From an uncultured SAR86 cluster bacterium (GTDB lineage Bacteria > Pseudomonadota > Gammaproteobacteria > Magnimaribacterales > AG-339-G14), in contig CABZHD010000003.1 of the NCBI GenBank assembly GCA_902525435.1, forward strand, positions 39,827 to 103,826: DNA of 64,000 nt. The letters are read 5' to 3'. Below are positions 1 through 9,987 of this stretch, in pieces. Within the stretch, counting starts at the first letter, position 1; each line of letters starts with the position of its first letter. Below the pieces are notes generated by a model. It made no database searches. It saw only the letters and a program-made list of their open reading frames with translations, and was not told the origin of the DNA. The translations under genes and the position numbers were made by a program.

Positions 1-44
1 ACATTTACGTGGGGTTTGGTTCTTTCAAATTTTTCTTTAGCCAT
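1..44 (-). CDS. tuf: Elongation factor Tu, first 14 codons only (gene continues off the left edge)
   Basis: Reverse complement of 1-44 reads MAKEKFERTKPHVNV, the canonical EF-Tu N-terminus. An AAGAGGA Shine-Dalgarno (rc of 51-57) lies 6 nt upstream. It sits downstream of tRNA-Tyr/tRNA-Thr, as in the thrU-tyrU-glyT-thrT-tufB arrangement. Not in the ORF track. Confidence 0.85.
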   Translation of the reverse strand, partial: MAKEKFERTKPHVN

Positions 45-72
45 TGTCTATCCTCTTTAAAAATGTACTGTC

Positions 73-148
<76 letters not shown>

Positions 149-272
149 ATAAATGTTCATAAATTCCGGATCAAAAAAGGATAAATTCTTGTTAAAAATA
201 CAATGAAATATCCTAGACCTTTCGCTCCGGTGGCATTTATACTGTTTTCTTGTCATAAAGGCAAGAATTTCT

Positions 273-355
273 GGTGGAGGGGGCAGGATTCGAACCTGCG
301 AAGCCGAAGCGGCTGATTTACAGTCAGCTGGGTTTGACCGCTCCCCAACCCCTCC
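273..355 (-). tRNA. tRNA-Tyr (anticodon GUA), long variable arm, CCA encoded
   Basis: The reverse complement GGAGGGGTTGGGGAGCGGTCAAACCCAGCTGACTGTAAATCAGCCGCTTCGGCTTCGCAGGTTCGAATCCTGCCCCCTCCACCA has anticodon stem GCTGA/TCAGC with loop CTGTAAA, T stem GCAGG/CCTGC and acceptor GGAGGGG/CCCCTCC. Confidence 0.9.
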
Positions 356-381
356 AGTCAGAGCGTGGTATTCTCGGAGTC

Positions 382-1179
382 ATGATAGAAGTTGTCAACA
401 AAAATCCTTTAGATAAAGAAAAAATATTATCGAAACTTAGTAATGAATTTAGATCAAAAGTTACTCTAGAGGTATTCGATACCATTAGTTCTACGAATGA
501 CTACCTTTTAAGAAAAGAAAAAAATAAAAATAAAGATATAAAAATATGCATTGCAGAAGAGCAAACTAAAGGTAGAGGACGAAGAGGTAAATCGTGGATC
601 AGTCCTAAATTTAAGAATATATATTTTTCCCTGAACTCATATTTGGAAAAAGAAGATTTATCTGGACTTAGCATAGCAGTGGCTTTATCAGTATCCAAAG
701 TCCTCACTAAAATAAATGTGATGTCTTTGATCAAGTGGCCTAATGATCTTCTTGTAAGAAATAAAAAAATTTGTGGAATTTTGATAGAAACAGCAAAAGT
801 AGGTGAATTGACCAAAGTGGTTATTGGCATAGGAATCAATGTAAACATGGAATATTCAGAACTCATAGACCAAGAGTGGACCTCAATAAAATTAGAAAAG
901 AAACAATCAGTAGATAGAAACTCAATCATTACAGAAATGATTAATCAATTATGCATCACCTTAAATAAGTTTGAGCAAGAAGAGTTTGATTACTTCCTTA
1001 AAAAATTTTCATCTTTAGATTTATTAAAAGACAAGGAATTTACTCTGAAAGATAAACCTAATGAAATATTCATTGGAAAAGGAATAGATAATAAAGGCCT
1101 CTTAATCGCTCAAAATTTGAAGGATCAAAGGATGGTGAAATTTAGTTCCGGAGAAGTATCTTTAAAATTAAAGAAATGA
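382..1179 (+). CDS. birA: Biotin--[acetyl-CoA-carboxylase] ligase, short form without an N-terminal winged-helix DNA-binding domain
   Basis: Contains the GRGRRGKSW biotin-ligase signature and KWPND motif. I start it at the ATG at 382 (MIEVVNKNPL...) because the track ORF start at 274 lies inside tRNA-Tyr. At 265 aa the catalytic motif begins about 70 aa in, leaving no room for a wHTH domain. Confidence 0.85.
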   Translation: MIEVVNKNPLDKEKILSKLSNEFRSKVTLEVFDTISSTNDYLLRKEKNKNKDIKICIAEEQTKGRGRRGKSWISPKFKNIYFSLNSYLEKEDLSGLSIAVALSVSKVLTKINVMSLIKWPNDLLVRNKKICGILIETAKVGELTKVVIGIGINVNMEYSELIDQEWTSIKLEKKQSVDRNSIITEMINQLCITLNKFEQEEFDYFLKKFSSLDLLKDKEFTLKDKPNEIFIGKGIDNKGLLIAQNLKDQRMVKFSSGEVSLKLKK

Positions 1180-1198
1180 GTTTATAATTCTTGTCGTT

Positions 1199-1274
1199 GC
1201 TGGCGTAGCTCAGTTGGTAGAGCTCCTGATTTGTAATCAGGCGGTCGTAGGTTCGACTCCTATCGCCAGCTCCA
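1199..1274 (+). tRNA. tRNA-Thr (anticodon UGU), CCA encoded
   Basis: GCTGGCGTAGCTCAGTTGGTAGAGCTCCTGATTTGTAATCAGGCGGTCGTAGGTTCGACTCCTATCGCCAGCTCCA has acceptor GCTGGCG/CGCCAGC and anticodon stem CCTGA/TCAGG with loop TTTGTAA. Confidence 0.9.
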
Positions 1275-1740
1275 CTTTGGAGACTAAAACTCCCGTTGAA
1301 TCTCCATAGACCCAATCATTTGAATTTATTATCAATCCGTCTATTTCAATAGAGGCATCAATGGAACCTCTATCTTTTTTTTCACTTTTTTTAGGAACAG
1401 AGCCAAGGGCAAAAATTCCCATATCGATTGTTTTCAAGACATCTACATCCCTGACGCAGCCGAGGATAATTATTCCATTCCAATTATTTTTATAAGCATT
1501 TTCAGCAATCATGTCTCCCAAGAGGGCGACCTCAAAACTTTTATTCCCATCGACAAAAAGAACGCCTCCCTGCCCTTCTGTTGCTAATATTTTTTTTACA
1601 AAAGAATTATCGTTTGGAGCATGAACTGTTTTTATAGGCCCATAAAGAAAATCTCTAGCTCCATAAGAATTAAATTGTAAGCCTACGAATGGAACGTTGG
1701 GATTAAGATCACTTAGGTCTGGAGTTGAAATTTTTTGCAT
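1237..1740 (-). CDS. rraA: RraA family protein (regulator of RNase E activity / 4-hydroxy-4-methyl-2-oxoglutarate aldolase fold)
   Basis: The 167-aa translation is collinear with E. coli RraA as I recall it (GGVLFVDG..., LLGDMIAENA..., GIIILGCVRD). The last ~12 codons are antisense to tRNA-Thr(UGU). Confidence 0.8.
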   Translation of the reverse strand: MQKISTPDLSDLNPNVPFVGLQFNSYGARDFLYGPIKTVHAPNDNSFVKKILATEGQGGVLFVDGNKSFEVALLGDMIAENAYKNNWNGIIILGCVRDVDVLKTIDMGIFALGSVPKKSEKKDRGSIDASIEIDGLIINSNDWVYGDSTGVLVSKVELAIGVEPTTA

Positions 1741-1742
1741 TT

Positions 1743-2672
1743 CTAAAGATTATTTAAAATTGGTTTATAAGTCGATCCTTTTTCAAACTCATCCATTATT
1801 TTAGATATTTGTTTAATTGATTTGGACGCATCCTCAACGGTAAAGCCCTTTCCTTCAAGAATTGATTCATAACTCTTGGTATGTAAATCTTGGAATCCTC
1901 CTGTAAATTCAAATTCATCTCCATTTATGGTGAAGGATCGATAAAGAACTTCCTCTTGTCCCATTTCTTTAAGTTTTTCTTTGGATAAAACATTGATCAT
2001 TATTAAAACTTTCGCGTTTTCATGTTCGATAAGAACGTTAGCTTGATTGAGAGATAACTTGTTGACATTGAAATTTGAAACTTGGCCAAAAATATCAATC
2101 AAAATATCCAGATAGTGAATACCAAATTCGAAAAGAATCCCTCCTGATTTATTTTCACTTCCTCTCCAAGAAGAAAAAAACTCTGAACCTCTTGTCGTAG
2201 CATATATCAGGATGACTTCATGTTTTTCTTCTGACTTTTGTGAGGTTATATTTTGTTTCAATTGAATTATTGATTCATGAAATCTTAATTGCATAATTGT
2301 AAAAACCTTAGCAGCAGAAACTGATTCAGATCTTCTAATCCTGTCTAAGTCTGAAACAGATAAAGCGAGGGGCTTTTCACAAATCACATTGATATCATTT
2401 TCTAAGCAAGTAATTATTTGATCAGTGTGTAAGTGATTTGGAGTGCAGATAGAAATATAGTCTAAGTTATCTTTCTGATGGAATTTGATCATTTCCTCAA
2501 GACTATCAAGGGTTTCTATGTTCTTTGAAAGGAATTCTTTTTTTTGGGCTGAGTTAAAATCCAAATCACTGACACATTTTAGATCTGCACCAATATTATT
2601 GATTGCTTGAATATGGCGAGGAGCTATGTACCCTAGTGCTCCCAATAATCCAAATTTGAGCTTATTACCCAT
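1743..2672 (-). CDS. Gfo/Idh/MocA family NAD(P)-dependent oxidoreductase
   Basis: N-terminal Rossmann segment KFGLLGALGYIAPRHIQAI and the EKP motif (VICEKPLA) typical of the family. Substrate unknown. Confidence 0.7.
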   Translation of the reverse strand: MGNKLKFGLLGALGYIAPRHIQAINNIGADLKCVSDLDFNSAQKKEFLSKNIETLDSLEEMIKFHQKDNLDYISICTPNHLHTDQIITCLENDINVICEKPLALSVSDLDRIRRSESVSAAKVFTIMQLRFHESIIQLKQNITSQKSEEKHEVILIYATTRGSEFFSSWRGSENKSGGILFEFGIHYLDILIDIFGQVSNFNVNKLSLNQANVLIEHENAKVLIMINVLSKEKLKEMGQEEVLYRSFTINGDEFEFTGGFQDLHTKSYESILEGKGFTVEDASKSIKQISKIMDEFEKGSTYKPILNNL

Positions 2673-2708
2673 TGAAAAAGTATACTTGAGTAACTCATTG
2701 AGACATAA

Positions 2709-4571
2709 ATGTTTAAAGGAATTGTAAAACTTTCAAAAAATGGCAAAGGATCTTTATTAGTATCTGAAGATCTATCATTTAAACTTTCAAGAAAGGAATT
2801 ATTCAAAGTATTTCCGGGCGATAAGGTTGAATGTTCAGTTCAGCAAGATAAGGCTACCATTCAAAAAATAATCGAGAGAAATACAACCGAAGTCATAGGT
2901 AAATTAAAAAAAACTAACAAAGGATGGATTGCAGAATCCGTCAACAATGAATTTCATCTAGAAATAGTTATAAAAAAGAATACTTCTAAAAAACTTAAAA
3001 ATGGTGACTTTTGTAAAATAAAAATAAAAAAACAACCAAGTTTAAAGCATAGGCCTGAAGGTTACATAGTTGAGCAACTTATATTTTCAAATATTTTTGA
3101 AGAAGCAGACGAGATTGCTTTGCAAACAAATCTTAATATTAAGAGAACTTTTCCAAAAACAATTTTGCCAGAAATAAATAGGATTTTGAAAGAATATAAT
3201 TCTGGAAATTTTCCTTCTGAATATGAAGATTTAACTGACAAAAATTTTTTTACCATTGATGGCAAAAATGCAAAAGATTTTGATGATGCAATTTGCTGCG
3301 AACAAACTTCAAATGGATACAAATTATTGGTAGCGATTGCTGATGTCTCTGCTTTTGTCTCTGAAGGATCTTCTCTGGATAAAGTGGCTGCAGAAAGAGC
3401 AACATCAATTTATTTGAATTCAAAAGTTATTCCAATGCTGCCAAAAGAATTATCAAATGATATTTGCTCTCTTCGTCCTCTTGAAAAAAGGTTAACGCTG
3501 GTCTGCGAAATGATTCTTGATAAAGATTGTTCTCTTAAAACTTTCAAATTTTATTCAGCAATAATCGAATCGAAGAAAAGGTTTACTTATGACGAACTTT
3601 CAAATCTTGAAAAAGATGACATGGATAGACATCCAGAATTTTCAGATGATTTAAAGAAATTGTTAGATATATGCAAAAAAAGAATTGAAAAAAGGAAACA
3701 AAGGCTCGCAATAGATTTTGAAATGAATGAGTACCGACCAGAAGTTAAGAAAGGAAAACTAAAAGCTTTTGTTCCGGTAACAAGATATTTAAGTCATAAG
3801 GCTATTGAGGAATGCATGATTTTGGCAAACATATCTGCCGCAAAATTTCTTAAGGAAAATCAAATAAGCACTATTTTTAGATTTCATGACTTCCCGGATA
3901 TGGATAAGATCATTTCATTACAGAAATTTCTTCAATCAAGAGGTTTACCTATATCTGAAGATTTTAATCTTTCAAGAAAATCTATTTTCGATTGGGTTCA
4001 AAAAACCTCAAAACATAAAATCAATGAAGTCTTAGCTCTTGAAATTCTAAAGAGTATGAAGCTCGCAATATACTCTTCTGAGAGGAGCGAACATTTCGCT
4101 TTGGGTTTAGATGAATATTTACACTTCACCTCACCCATCAGAAGATATCCAGATTTAGTGGTTCATAGATGCATAAAACAAATTATTCATAACAAGAAAT
4201 TTAAATCTTTATCAAAAAATGATTTAGCTGACATTGCTGAAAATTGCAGCTTTAGAGAACGAGAGGCTGATCAAATTTCTAAGGAAGCAGATAAAGTTCT
4301 GAGATCGCGATGCGGACAAAATTATATAGGGAATAAATTTTCTGGAATCATAACCGGAGTTACAGAATTTGGAGTATTTGTGAAGCTAGATCAAATTAAC
4401 ATTGAAGGGTTGTGTCACATAAGCGCATTCAAAAATAAATATTACAATTTTAATTATGAGATGAAATCCTTAGTCAGTAGACAAGGTACGATAAGCATTG
4501 GAGATAAAATGAGTTGCATTATCGAATCGGTGCATCCTTATGAAGGTAAAATAAGTTTAATACCGGCGTAA
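2709..4571 (+). CDS. rnr: RNase II/R family 3'-5' exoribonuclease (short, 620 aa)
   Basis: RNB catalytic motifs DGKNAKDFDDAI and HFTSPIRRYPDLVVHR, plus a C-terminal S1-like domain (GIITGVTEFGVFVKL). It is followed directly by rlmB, as in the rnr-rlmB operon. Confidence 0.85.
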   Translation: MFKGIVKLSKNGKGSLLVSEDLSFKLSRKELFKVFPGDKVECSVQQDKATIQKIIERNTTEVIGKLKKTNKGWIAESVNNEFHLEIVIKKNTSKKLKNGDFCKIKIKKQPSLKHRPEGYIVEQLIFSNIFEEADEIALQTNLNIKRTFPKTILPEINRILKEYNSGNFPSEYEDLTDKNFFTIDGKNAKDFDDAICCEQTSNGYKLLVAIADVSAFVSEGSSLDKVAAERATSIYLNSKVIPMLPKELSNDICSLRPLEKRLTLVCEMILDKDCSLKTFKFYSAIIESKKRFTYDELSNLEKDDMDRHPEFSDDLKKLLDICKKRIEKRKQRLAIDFEMNEYRPEVKKGKLKAFVPVTRYLSHKAIEECMILANISAAKFLKENQISTIFRFHDFPDMDKIISLQKFLQSRGLPISEDFNLSRKSIFDWVQKTSKHKINEVLALEILKSMKLAIYSSERSEHFALGLDEYLHFTSPIRRYPDLVVHRCIKQIIHNKKFKSLSKNDLADIAENCSFREREADQISKEADKVLRSRCGQNYIGNKFSGIITGVTEFGVFVKLDQINIEGLCHISAFKNKYYNFNYEMKSLVSRQGTISIGDKMSCIIESVHPYEGKISLIPA

Positions 4572-4573
4572 AA

Positions 4574-5284
4574 ATGTTCGAGACATCAGATTTAAATACG
4601 ATCAAAACTTTACTTGCCAACAAACCTGAGTCAGTTAGGTTGCTGGAAGTAGATGACAATTCAATTTCAAAAAGAATCAAAGATATAAAAAAGATCGCCA
4701 TAGAGAAGAAATTAAAAATAGAAATAAAAAAATTTAAAAATCCAAATAAAAAGATCAATCTGATTTTCAAACCATCAGAACCAAAAAATATAGAGTACCT
4801 GGAAAAATTTTTAGAAACTAAAGAGGACGGCGTTATTCTTTTGCTTGATCACATAACGGATCCCAACAACTTAGGATCAATCCTCCGCACAAGTTTGGGA
4901 GGAATGGTTGATGCGGTAGTGGTTCCAAAATCCAGGGCCTGTCATTTAACTAAATCGGTAAGAGAAGTTTCAAAAGGATCAAGCGAACTTATCCCATTTG
5001 TGATTGTGCCAAACCTTAAGAGGATTACAGAGATGCTAAAGCTTAGAGGGTTTTTAATCTATGGAGCTGAAGGGAGTTCACAGTCAGAATCTATTTACGA
5101 TACTAATTTTTCCAAAAAAATAGGCTTAATAATAGGTTCAGAAAATACAGGTATTCAAGAAACTTTAAAATCAAAATGCGATAAAATAATCAAGATTCCA
5201 ATAAGCGATAAATTGGAGAGTCTCAATGCAGCTATTGCAACTTCAGTAATTGTTTTTGAGATTAATAGACAAAGAACAAACTAG
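4574..5284 (+). CDS. rlmB: SpoU/TrmH-family 23S rRNA 2'-O-ribose methyltransferase
   Basis: SpoU motifs ([32 protein letters not shown]) and a position immediately after rnr. Confidence 0.8.
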   Translation: MFETSDLNTIKTLLANKPESVRLLEVDDNSISKRIKDIKKIAIEKKLKIEIKKFKNPNKKINLIFKPSEPKNIEYLEKFLETKEDGVILLLDHITDPNNLGSILRTSLGGMVDAVVVPKSRACHLTKSVREVSKGSSELIPFVIVPNLKRITEMLKLRGFLIYGAEGSSQSESIYDTNFSKKIGLIIGSENTGIQETLKSKCDKIIKIPISDKLESLNAAIATSVIVFEINRQRTN

Positions 5285-5286
5285 AA

Positions 5287-6207
5287 ATGCTAGCTCAAAG
5301 AACTTTAACTAATCCCATCAAGGCAAGTGGCGTAGGCTTGCATTCAGGCAGAAAAATTACAATAAAACTTTTACCCGCACCTGAAGATACTGGAATTATT
5401 TTTCAGAGAGTTGACTGTGACCCAATTGTTGAGATCCAAGCTACCGTTGAAAACGTAGGAGCTACAGCGCTCGCAACAACACTGGTAAGTGGAGATATTG
5501 AAATCTCTACAGTTGAACATATGCTCTCTGCTTTTGCAGGTTTAGGCATCGATAATGCTTATGTCCAAATTAATGACATTGAAGTCCCTATTATGGATGG
5601 TTCGGCAAATCCTTTTGTTTTTTTGATCCAATCAGCTGGCATAAAGGAGCAAAAAGAAGTTAAAAAATTTATAAAAATAAAAAAACCGGTATCTGTGGAA
5701 GCTAATAATGGTGCAAGAGTATCACTTTCGCCCTATGATGGTTTCAAAGTAAGTTATGAACTTGATTATGATCATCCTGTTCATAAAAGACAGCCCAATA
5801 AGGCTACCATTGACTTCAATTCAACAACTTTTCTCAAAGAGATATCTCGTGCAAGAACTTTTGGCTTCATGAGTGAAGTTGATGCATTAAAAAAAGAAAA
5901 CTTAGCTCTAGGAGCAAGTGAGAAAAATGCTATAGCAATTGGTGAAAATGAAATTCTTAATGAAGAAGGTTTGAGGTCAGAGGATGAGTTCGTTAAACAT
6001 AAAATTCTTGATGTCATTGGTGACTTATATTTACTAAAACACAATCTAATTGGATCTTTTGAAGGTTATAAATCTGGTCATTCTCATAATAACCAACTTT
6101 TAAGAAAACTTATCGATAATCCTGATACTTGGGAAATAATTACTGCAGAGGAAGGCAATCAGTTCATCAGATATATCGATCCAATCATTGACCCGAGTAC
6201 AGGATAA
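5287..6207 (+). CDS. lpxC: UDP-3-O-acyl-N-acetylglucosamine deacetylase
   Basis: N-terminus QRTL...[16 protein letters not shown], the HKILD motif and the 306-aa length are typical of LpxC. It lies upstream of secA. Confidence 0.95.
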   Translation: MLAQRTLTNPIKASGVGLHSGRKITIKLLPAPEDTGIIFQRVDCDPIVEIQATVENVGATALATTLVSGDIEISTVEHMLSAFAGLGIDNAYVQINDIEVPIMDGSANPFVFLIQSAGIKEQKEVKKFIKIKKPVSVEANNGARVSLSPYDGFKVSYELDYDHPVHKRQPNKATIDFNSTTFLKEISRARTFGFMSEVDALKKENLALGASEKNAIAIGENEILNEEGLRSEDEFVKHKILDVIGDLYLLKHNLIGSFEGYKSGHSHNNQLLRKLIDNPDTWEIITAEEGNQFIRYIDPIIDPSTG

Positions 6208-6210
6208 AAA

Positions 6211-8826
6211 ATGTTTGGCTTTTTATTTGGCTCAAAACATAAAAGAGTCATCAACCGTATTTCCAAAACTGTTGATCAAATTAATTCTTTGGAGTCCTCT
6301 CTTGAGCAATTAAATGCTGATGATTTACTGGCAAAATCTAATGAACTGAGAGATAAAGTTCGTTCAGGGGAAGCCTTAGAAAAAGTACTTCCCCAAGCAT
6401 TTGCACTAGTTAGAGAATCGAGTAAAAGAAATTTGGGTCTGAGACATTATGACTGCCAACTCGTAGGAGGAGTTATTCTTAATGAAGGGAAGATCGCTGA
6501 GATGGCTACCGGTGAGGGAAAAACCCTTGTGGCTACTCTACCCTGTTATTTAAACGCTTTGACCGGAAAAGGTGTTTACGTGATCACTGTTAACGAGTAT
6601 CTAGCTGAAAGGGATGCAAATTGGATGAGGCCCTTGTTTGAAGGCCTTGGATTGACAGTAAGTCATGTTGTTCCCAATCAAAGTTTTGAAGAGAAAAAAA
6701 ATGCCTATCAGGCAGATGTTGTTTACATCACGAACAATGAAGCTGGTTTTGACTATCTAAGGGATAACATGGCAATGGACAAAGCCCATAAAATGCAAAA
6801 AGACCTTTTTTTTGCTGTGGTTGATGAGGTAGATTCAATCCTGATTGATGAGGCTAGAACTCCTTTAGTCATAAGCGGTGTCGCCGAAGATAATTCTGAA
6901 ATATATAAAAAGATCGGCCAAATAATTCCTCGCCTTAAGCAAGAAGAATTTGATTTGGAAACAGGAGATGTTTTTGTAGAAGGAGATTTTCAGATTGACG
7001 AAAAAGTAAGATCTGCTGAACTTACCGAGAAAGGTCATGAAAACGTTGAACGTCTTCTTGTACACAATGGACTTCTTAAAGAGGATGACTCGCTCTATGC
7101 GAGTGAAAATCTAAAATTATTAAATATGGTTCAGTCTTCCCTAAGAGCCTTTAATCTGTTTGAAAAAAACACAGATTATCTTGTGCAAAATGGTCAAGTA
7201 GTATTGATTGATACAAACACTGGAAGAGCTTTGCCAGGTAGACGATTATCAGACGGAGTTCATCAAGCGCTAGAACTAAAGGAAAATGTAAATATCCAAG
7301 TCGAAAGTCAGACTTTAGCATCAACCACTTTTCAAAACTTTTTTAGACTCTTCGATAAATTATCTGGCATGACCGGAACTGCTGAAACTGAAGCTCAAGA
7401 GTTTGAGGAAATTTACTCTTTAGAGACCATTGTCATACCAACGAACCTGCCCATGATCAGAGACGATAAGGAAGACAAAATTTATTTAACCCTTGAGGAG
7501 AAGTACGATGCTCTTGTTGAGGAAATAGAGAAAATTAACTCGACCGGCGCGCCAATTTTGGTTGGGACAATTTCCGTAGAAACTTCTGAATTAATATCCA
7601 GCAAACTAAAACAAAGAAAAATTGAACATAACGTTTTGAATGCAAAACAACATGAAAGAGAGGCTGAAATAATATCTCAGGCAGGAGCTCAGAATGCTGT
7701 AACCATAGCCACAAATATGGCAGGAAGAGGAACAGATATCGTCTTAGGAGGCAATGAAAAGGACGCTTCTTTCAGAGAAAAAGTTTTATCTCTTGGGGGT
7801 TTGCATGTGATTGGAACTGAAAGACACGAATCAAGGAGAGTTGATAATCAGCTTAGAGGAAGATCTGGGAGACAAGGAGATCCTGGTTCCTCACAATTTT
7901 TTCTGTCATTAGAAGATAGCTTGATGAAGATTTTTGCACCGGAAAGAGTTAAAAATCTTATGCAATCAATTGGAGGTATGAAGAAGGGAGAATCGATAGA
8001 ACATAGAATGCTAACCGGAGCGATCGAGAGAGCTCAAAGGAGAGTTGAGGGAAGAAATTTTGATCTAAGAAAAAGAATTCTTGAATTTGACGATGTCCTT
8101 AATGAACAAAGACAGGTTATATATTCACAAAGAGAGGAAATTCTTCAGGAAGATGACTTAACAGAATTAATTGATTCAATGCGATTCAATGAAATAGCAG
8201 ATTTAGTTTATTCGTTTCTGCCGCCTTCTAGTGTAGAAAGTCAGTGGCAAACAGATAAGTTAAAGAATTCCTTGTCTTCTGATTTCGCTTTTGAATTTGA
8301 CCCAGCTCAGTTCTTAGATGATGAAAAGAATAATCAAGATACCTTAATCAATGAAATTGTAAGTCAGCTTAAAAATAAATATCTTGAAAAAAGAATCGAA
8401 TATAGCGAAGTTCTTCCTGGTCTAGAAAAACAAATTGTTTTGCAAGTCATAGATATATCTTGGAAAAATCATATCAATGCTCTTGAATACTTAAGACAAA
8501 ATATAGGCTTTAGAAGTTATGCAGGAAAGGATCCCAGGCTTGAATATAAAAGAGAGGCTTTTGAAATGTTCGAGGGTCTTCTCACAAACATCAATGCCGA
8601 GGCCATTAAGTTTTTATCCAAAATTCAAATCAATAAAGAAGAGCAAACAGCTCAAGAAAGTTCTGTTATAAAAAAAACGATAAGTCATAAAGAAGAGATT
8701 CAATCCGCTTTTGATTCACCTCAAGAACAAGTCAATAAAAATAAATCTGAACCAAATGAAGAATTTTCAGGAAATAGAAGAATGAGAAGACTTCAAGCAA
8801 AAGCCAAAAGGAAAAAAAGAAAATAG
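6211..8826 (+). CDS. secA: Preprotein translocase ATPase SecA (no C-terminal zinc-binding motif)
   Basis: Walker A MATGEGKT, the DEVDSILIDEARTPLIISG-type motif and TNMAGRGTDI. 871 aa. The C-terminus is Lys/Arg-rich and contains no Cys. Confidence 0.97.
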   Translation: MFGFLFGSKHKRVINRISKTVDQINSLESSLEQLNADDLLAKSNELRDKVRSGEALEKVLPQAFALVRESSKRNLGLRHYDCQLVGGVILNEGKIAEMATGEGKTLVATLPCYLNALTGKGVYVITVNEYLAERDANWMRPLFEGLGLTVSHVVPNQSFEEKKNAYQADVVYITNNEAGFDYLRDNMAMDKAHKMQKDLFFAVVDEVDSILIDEARTPLVISGVAEDNSEIYKKIGQIIPRLKQEEFDLETGDVFVEGDFQIDEKVRSAELTEKGHENVERLLVHNGLLKEDDSLYASENLKLLNMVQSSLRAFNLFEKNTDYLVQNGQVVLIDTNTGRALPGRRLSDGVHQALELKENVNIQVESQTLASTTFQNFFRLFDKLSGMTGTAETEAQEFEEIYSLETIVIPTNLPMIRDDKEDKIYLTLEEKYDALVEEIEKINSTGAPILVGTISVETSELISSKLKQRKIEHNVLNAKQHEREAEIISQAGAQNAVTIATNMAGRGTDIVLGGNEKDASFREKVLSLGGLHVIGTERHESRRVDNQLRGRSGRQGDPGSSQFFLSLEDSLMKIFAPERVKNLMQSIGGMKKGESIEHRMLTGAIERAQRRVEGRNFDLRKRILEFDDVLNEQRQVIYSQREEILQEDDLTELIDSMRFNEIADLVYSFLPPSSVESQWQTDKLKNSLSSDFAFEFDPAQFLDDEKNNQDTLINEIVSQLKNKYLEKRIEYSEVLPGLEKQIVLQVIDISWKNHINALEYLRQNIGFRSYAGKDPRLEYKREAFEMFEGLLTNINAEAIKFLSKIQINKEEQTAQESSVIKKTISHKEEIQSAFDSPQEQVNKNKSEPNEEFSGNRRMRRLQAKAKRKKRK

Positions 8827-8829
8827 ATT

Positions 8830-9987
8830 ATGAAAGAAGTTAAAATTGGATGTTCTTCGAGTTACCAAAAATATGGTAAAAGGCTTGATACCGCAATAAT
8901 TCAATTACCAAGCAACAGCAACATCTCTGGGTTATTTACTTCAAATAAATTTCCTGCAGCGCCGGTAAAGGTTGCAAAAAGGAATTTAACAAACCTTGAT
9001 AAAAAAAAGAAAACTGCATTATTTATAAATGCAGGCAACGCAAATGCTGCAACTGGACCAGAAGGTTTAAAAGATATAAATAAAATGTTTGCTAATTATA
9101 AAGATGTAAATGTTCTGCCCTTTTCAACCGGAGTGATCGGAGAAAGACTGGATCTACAAAGTTATGGAAAATCCTTTTTTAATGCTTATAAAAATCTTGG
9201 TAGAGGTAGTTGGAAAAATTTTGCTACTTCAATAATGACAACAGATAAGAAAGAAAAAATAGTTAAAAAGAGTATCAAGATAAATGGTGAGACTATAAAT
9301 TTCGTTGGCATCGCTAAAGGTTCAGCAATGATTGATCCTAACATGGCAACAATGTTGTCCTTTGTATTTACTGACCTAAAGATAAGCAAACTGAAGTTAG
9401 ATAAAATCCATAGATTAGCCTGCGAAGGTTCTTTTAATTCAATTACTATTGACGGAGATCAATCTACAAATGACTCTTCTTTGCTTATCGCTACAGGATC
9501 ATCACTAATTTCACTGTCGAAAGCCAATGAAAAAAGGATATTAGAGACTCTTAAAGATATTTTTTACTCTTTAGCAGAAAAAATAGTTCTCGATGCTGAA
9601 GGAGCAACAAAGCTAATTTCGATCACTGTTAAAGGACTCAAGACTGAAAACGAATGCAAAAAAGTTGCTAAAAATATTGCTAACTCTCTTTTAGTAAAAA
9701 CAGCTGCTTTCGGGGAAGATCCAAATTGGGGGAGAATTTTAATGGCAGTTGGCAATACAAATATTAGCTTTGACGAGAAGAAATTTAATCTTAAGCTTGG
9801 AAAGCTCCAGGTATTTAGAAATAACAAACTTAGTTCAAGTTATTCAGAAAAATTAGGATTGAAAGAATTTAAAAAAAGAAGAATAGAAATAGTCATTAAG
9901 CTGGGTGATAGCAATAAGACAAGCAAAGTCCTTACGTCGGATTTATCTAAAGATTATGTAAGCATGAATGCAGACTATAGATCCTGA
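8830..9987 (+). CDS. argJ: Bifunctional ornithine acetyltransferase / N-acetylglutamate synthase
   Basis: Autoprocessing site motif ATMLSFVFTD, GDQSTND and a C-terminal NADYRS motif. Confidence 0.9.
   Translation: MKEVKIGCSSSYQKYGKRLDTAIIQLPSNSNISGLFTSNKFPAAPVKVAKRNLTNLDKKKKTALFINAGNANAATGPEGLKDINKMFANYKDVNVLPFSTGVIGERLDLQSYGKSFFNAYKNLGRGSWKNFATSIMTTDKKEKIVKKSIKINGETINFVGIAKGSAMIDPNMATMLSFVFTDLKISKLKLDKIHRLACEGSFNSITIDGDQSTNDSSLLIATGSSLISLSKANEKRILETLKDIFYSLAEKIVLDAEGATKLISITVKGLKTENECKKVAKNIANSLLVKTAAFGEDPNWGRILMAVGNTNISFDEKKFNLKLGKLQVFRNNKLSSSYSEKLGLKEFKKRRIEIVIKLGDSNKTSKVLTSDLSKDYVSMNADYRS

Noticed and set aside
149-272. Possible tRNA-Gly between tRNA-Tyr and tRNA-Thr, as in the E. coli thrU-tyrU-glyT-thrT cluster
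   Set aside because: I could not find a T-arm (GGTTCGAATCC-like, either strand) or an acceptor-stem pairing in this 124-nt AT-rich spacer.
274-381. N-terminal 36 codons of the track ORF 274-1179
   Set aside because: This stretch is the reverse complement of tRNA-Tyr (273-355). The BirA homology begins at the ATG at 382.
501-929. Nested or antisense ORFs of 60-142 aa throughout the track (for example 501-929, 3062-3322, 4519-4770, 5781-6044, 6865-7065, 9186-9389, 9564-9827, 12624-12896, 13931-14149, 16973-17185, 20188-20434, 23366-23663, 26149-26655, 30048-30248, 32710-33045, 33517-33837, 40102-40678, 46179-46436, 47411-47720, 48865-49128, 50279-50774, 51405-52634, 54859-55116, 57561-57839, 58867-59085, 59602-59802, 62295-62651)
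   Set aside because: Each lies entirely within a longer ORF that has clear family motifs. The translations are low-complexity, Ser/Leu/Phe/Ile-rich and without motifs, as expected for chance antisense frames in AT-rich DNA.
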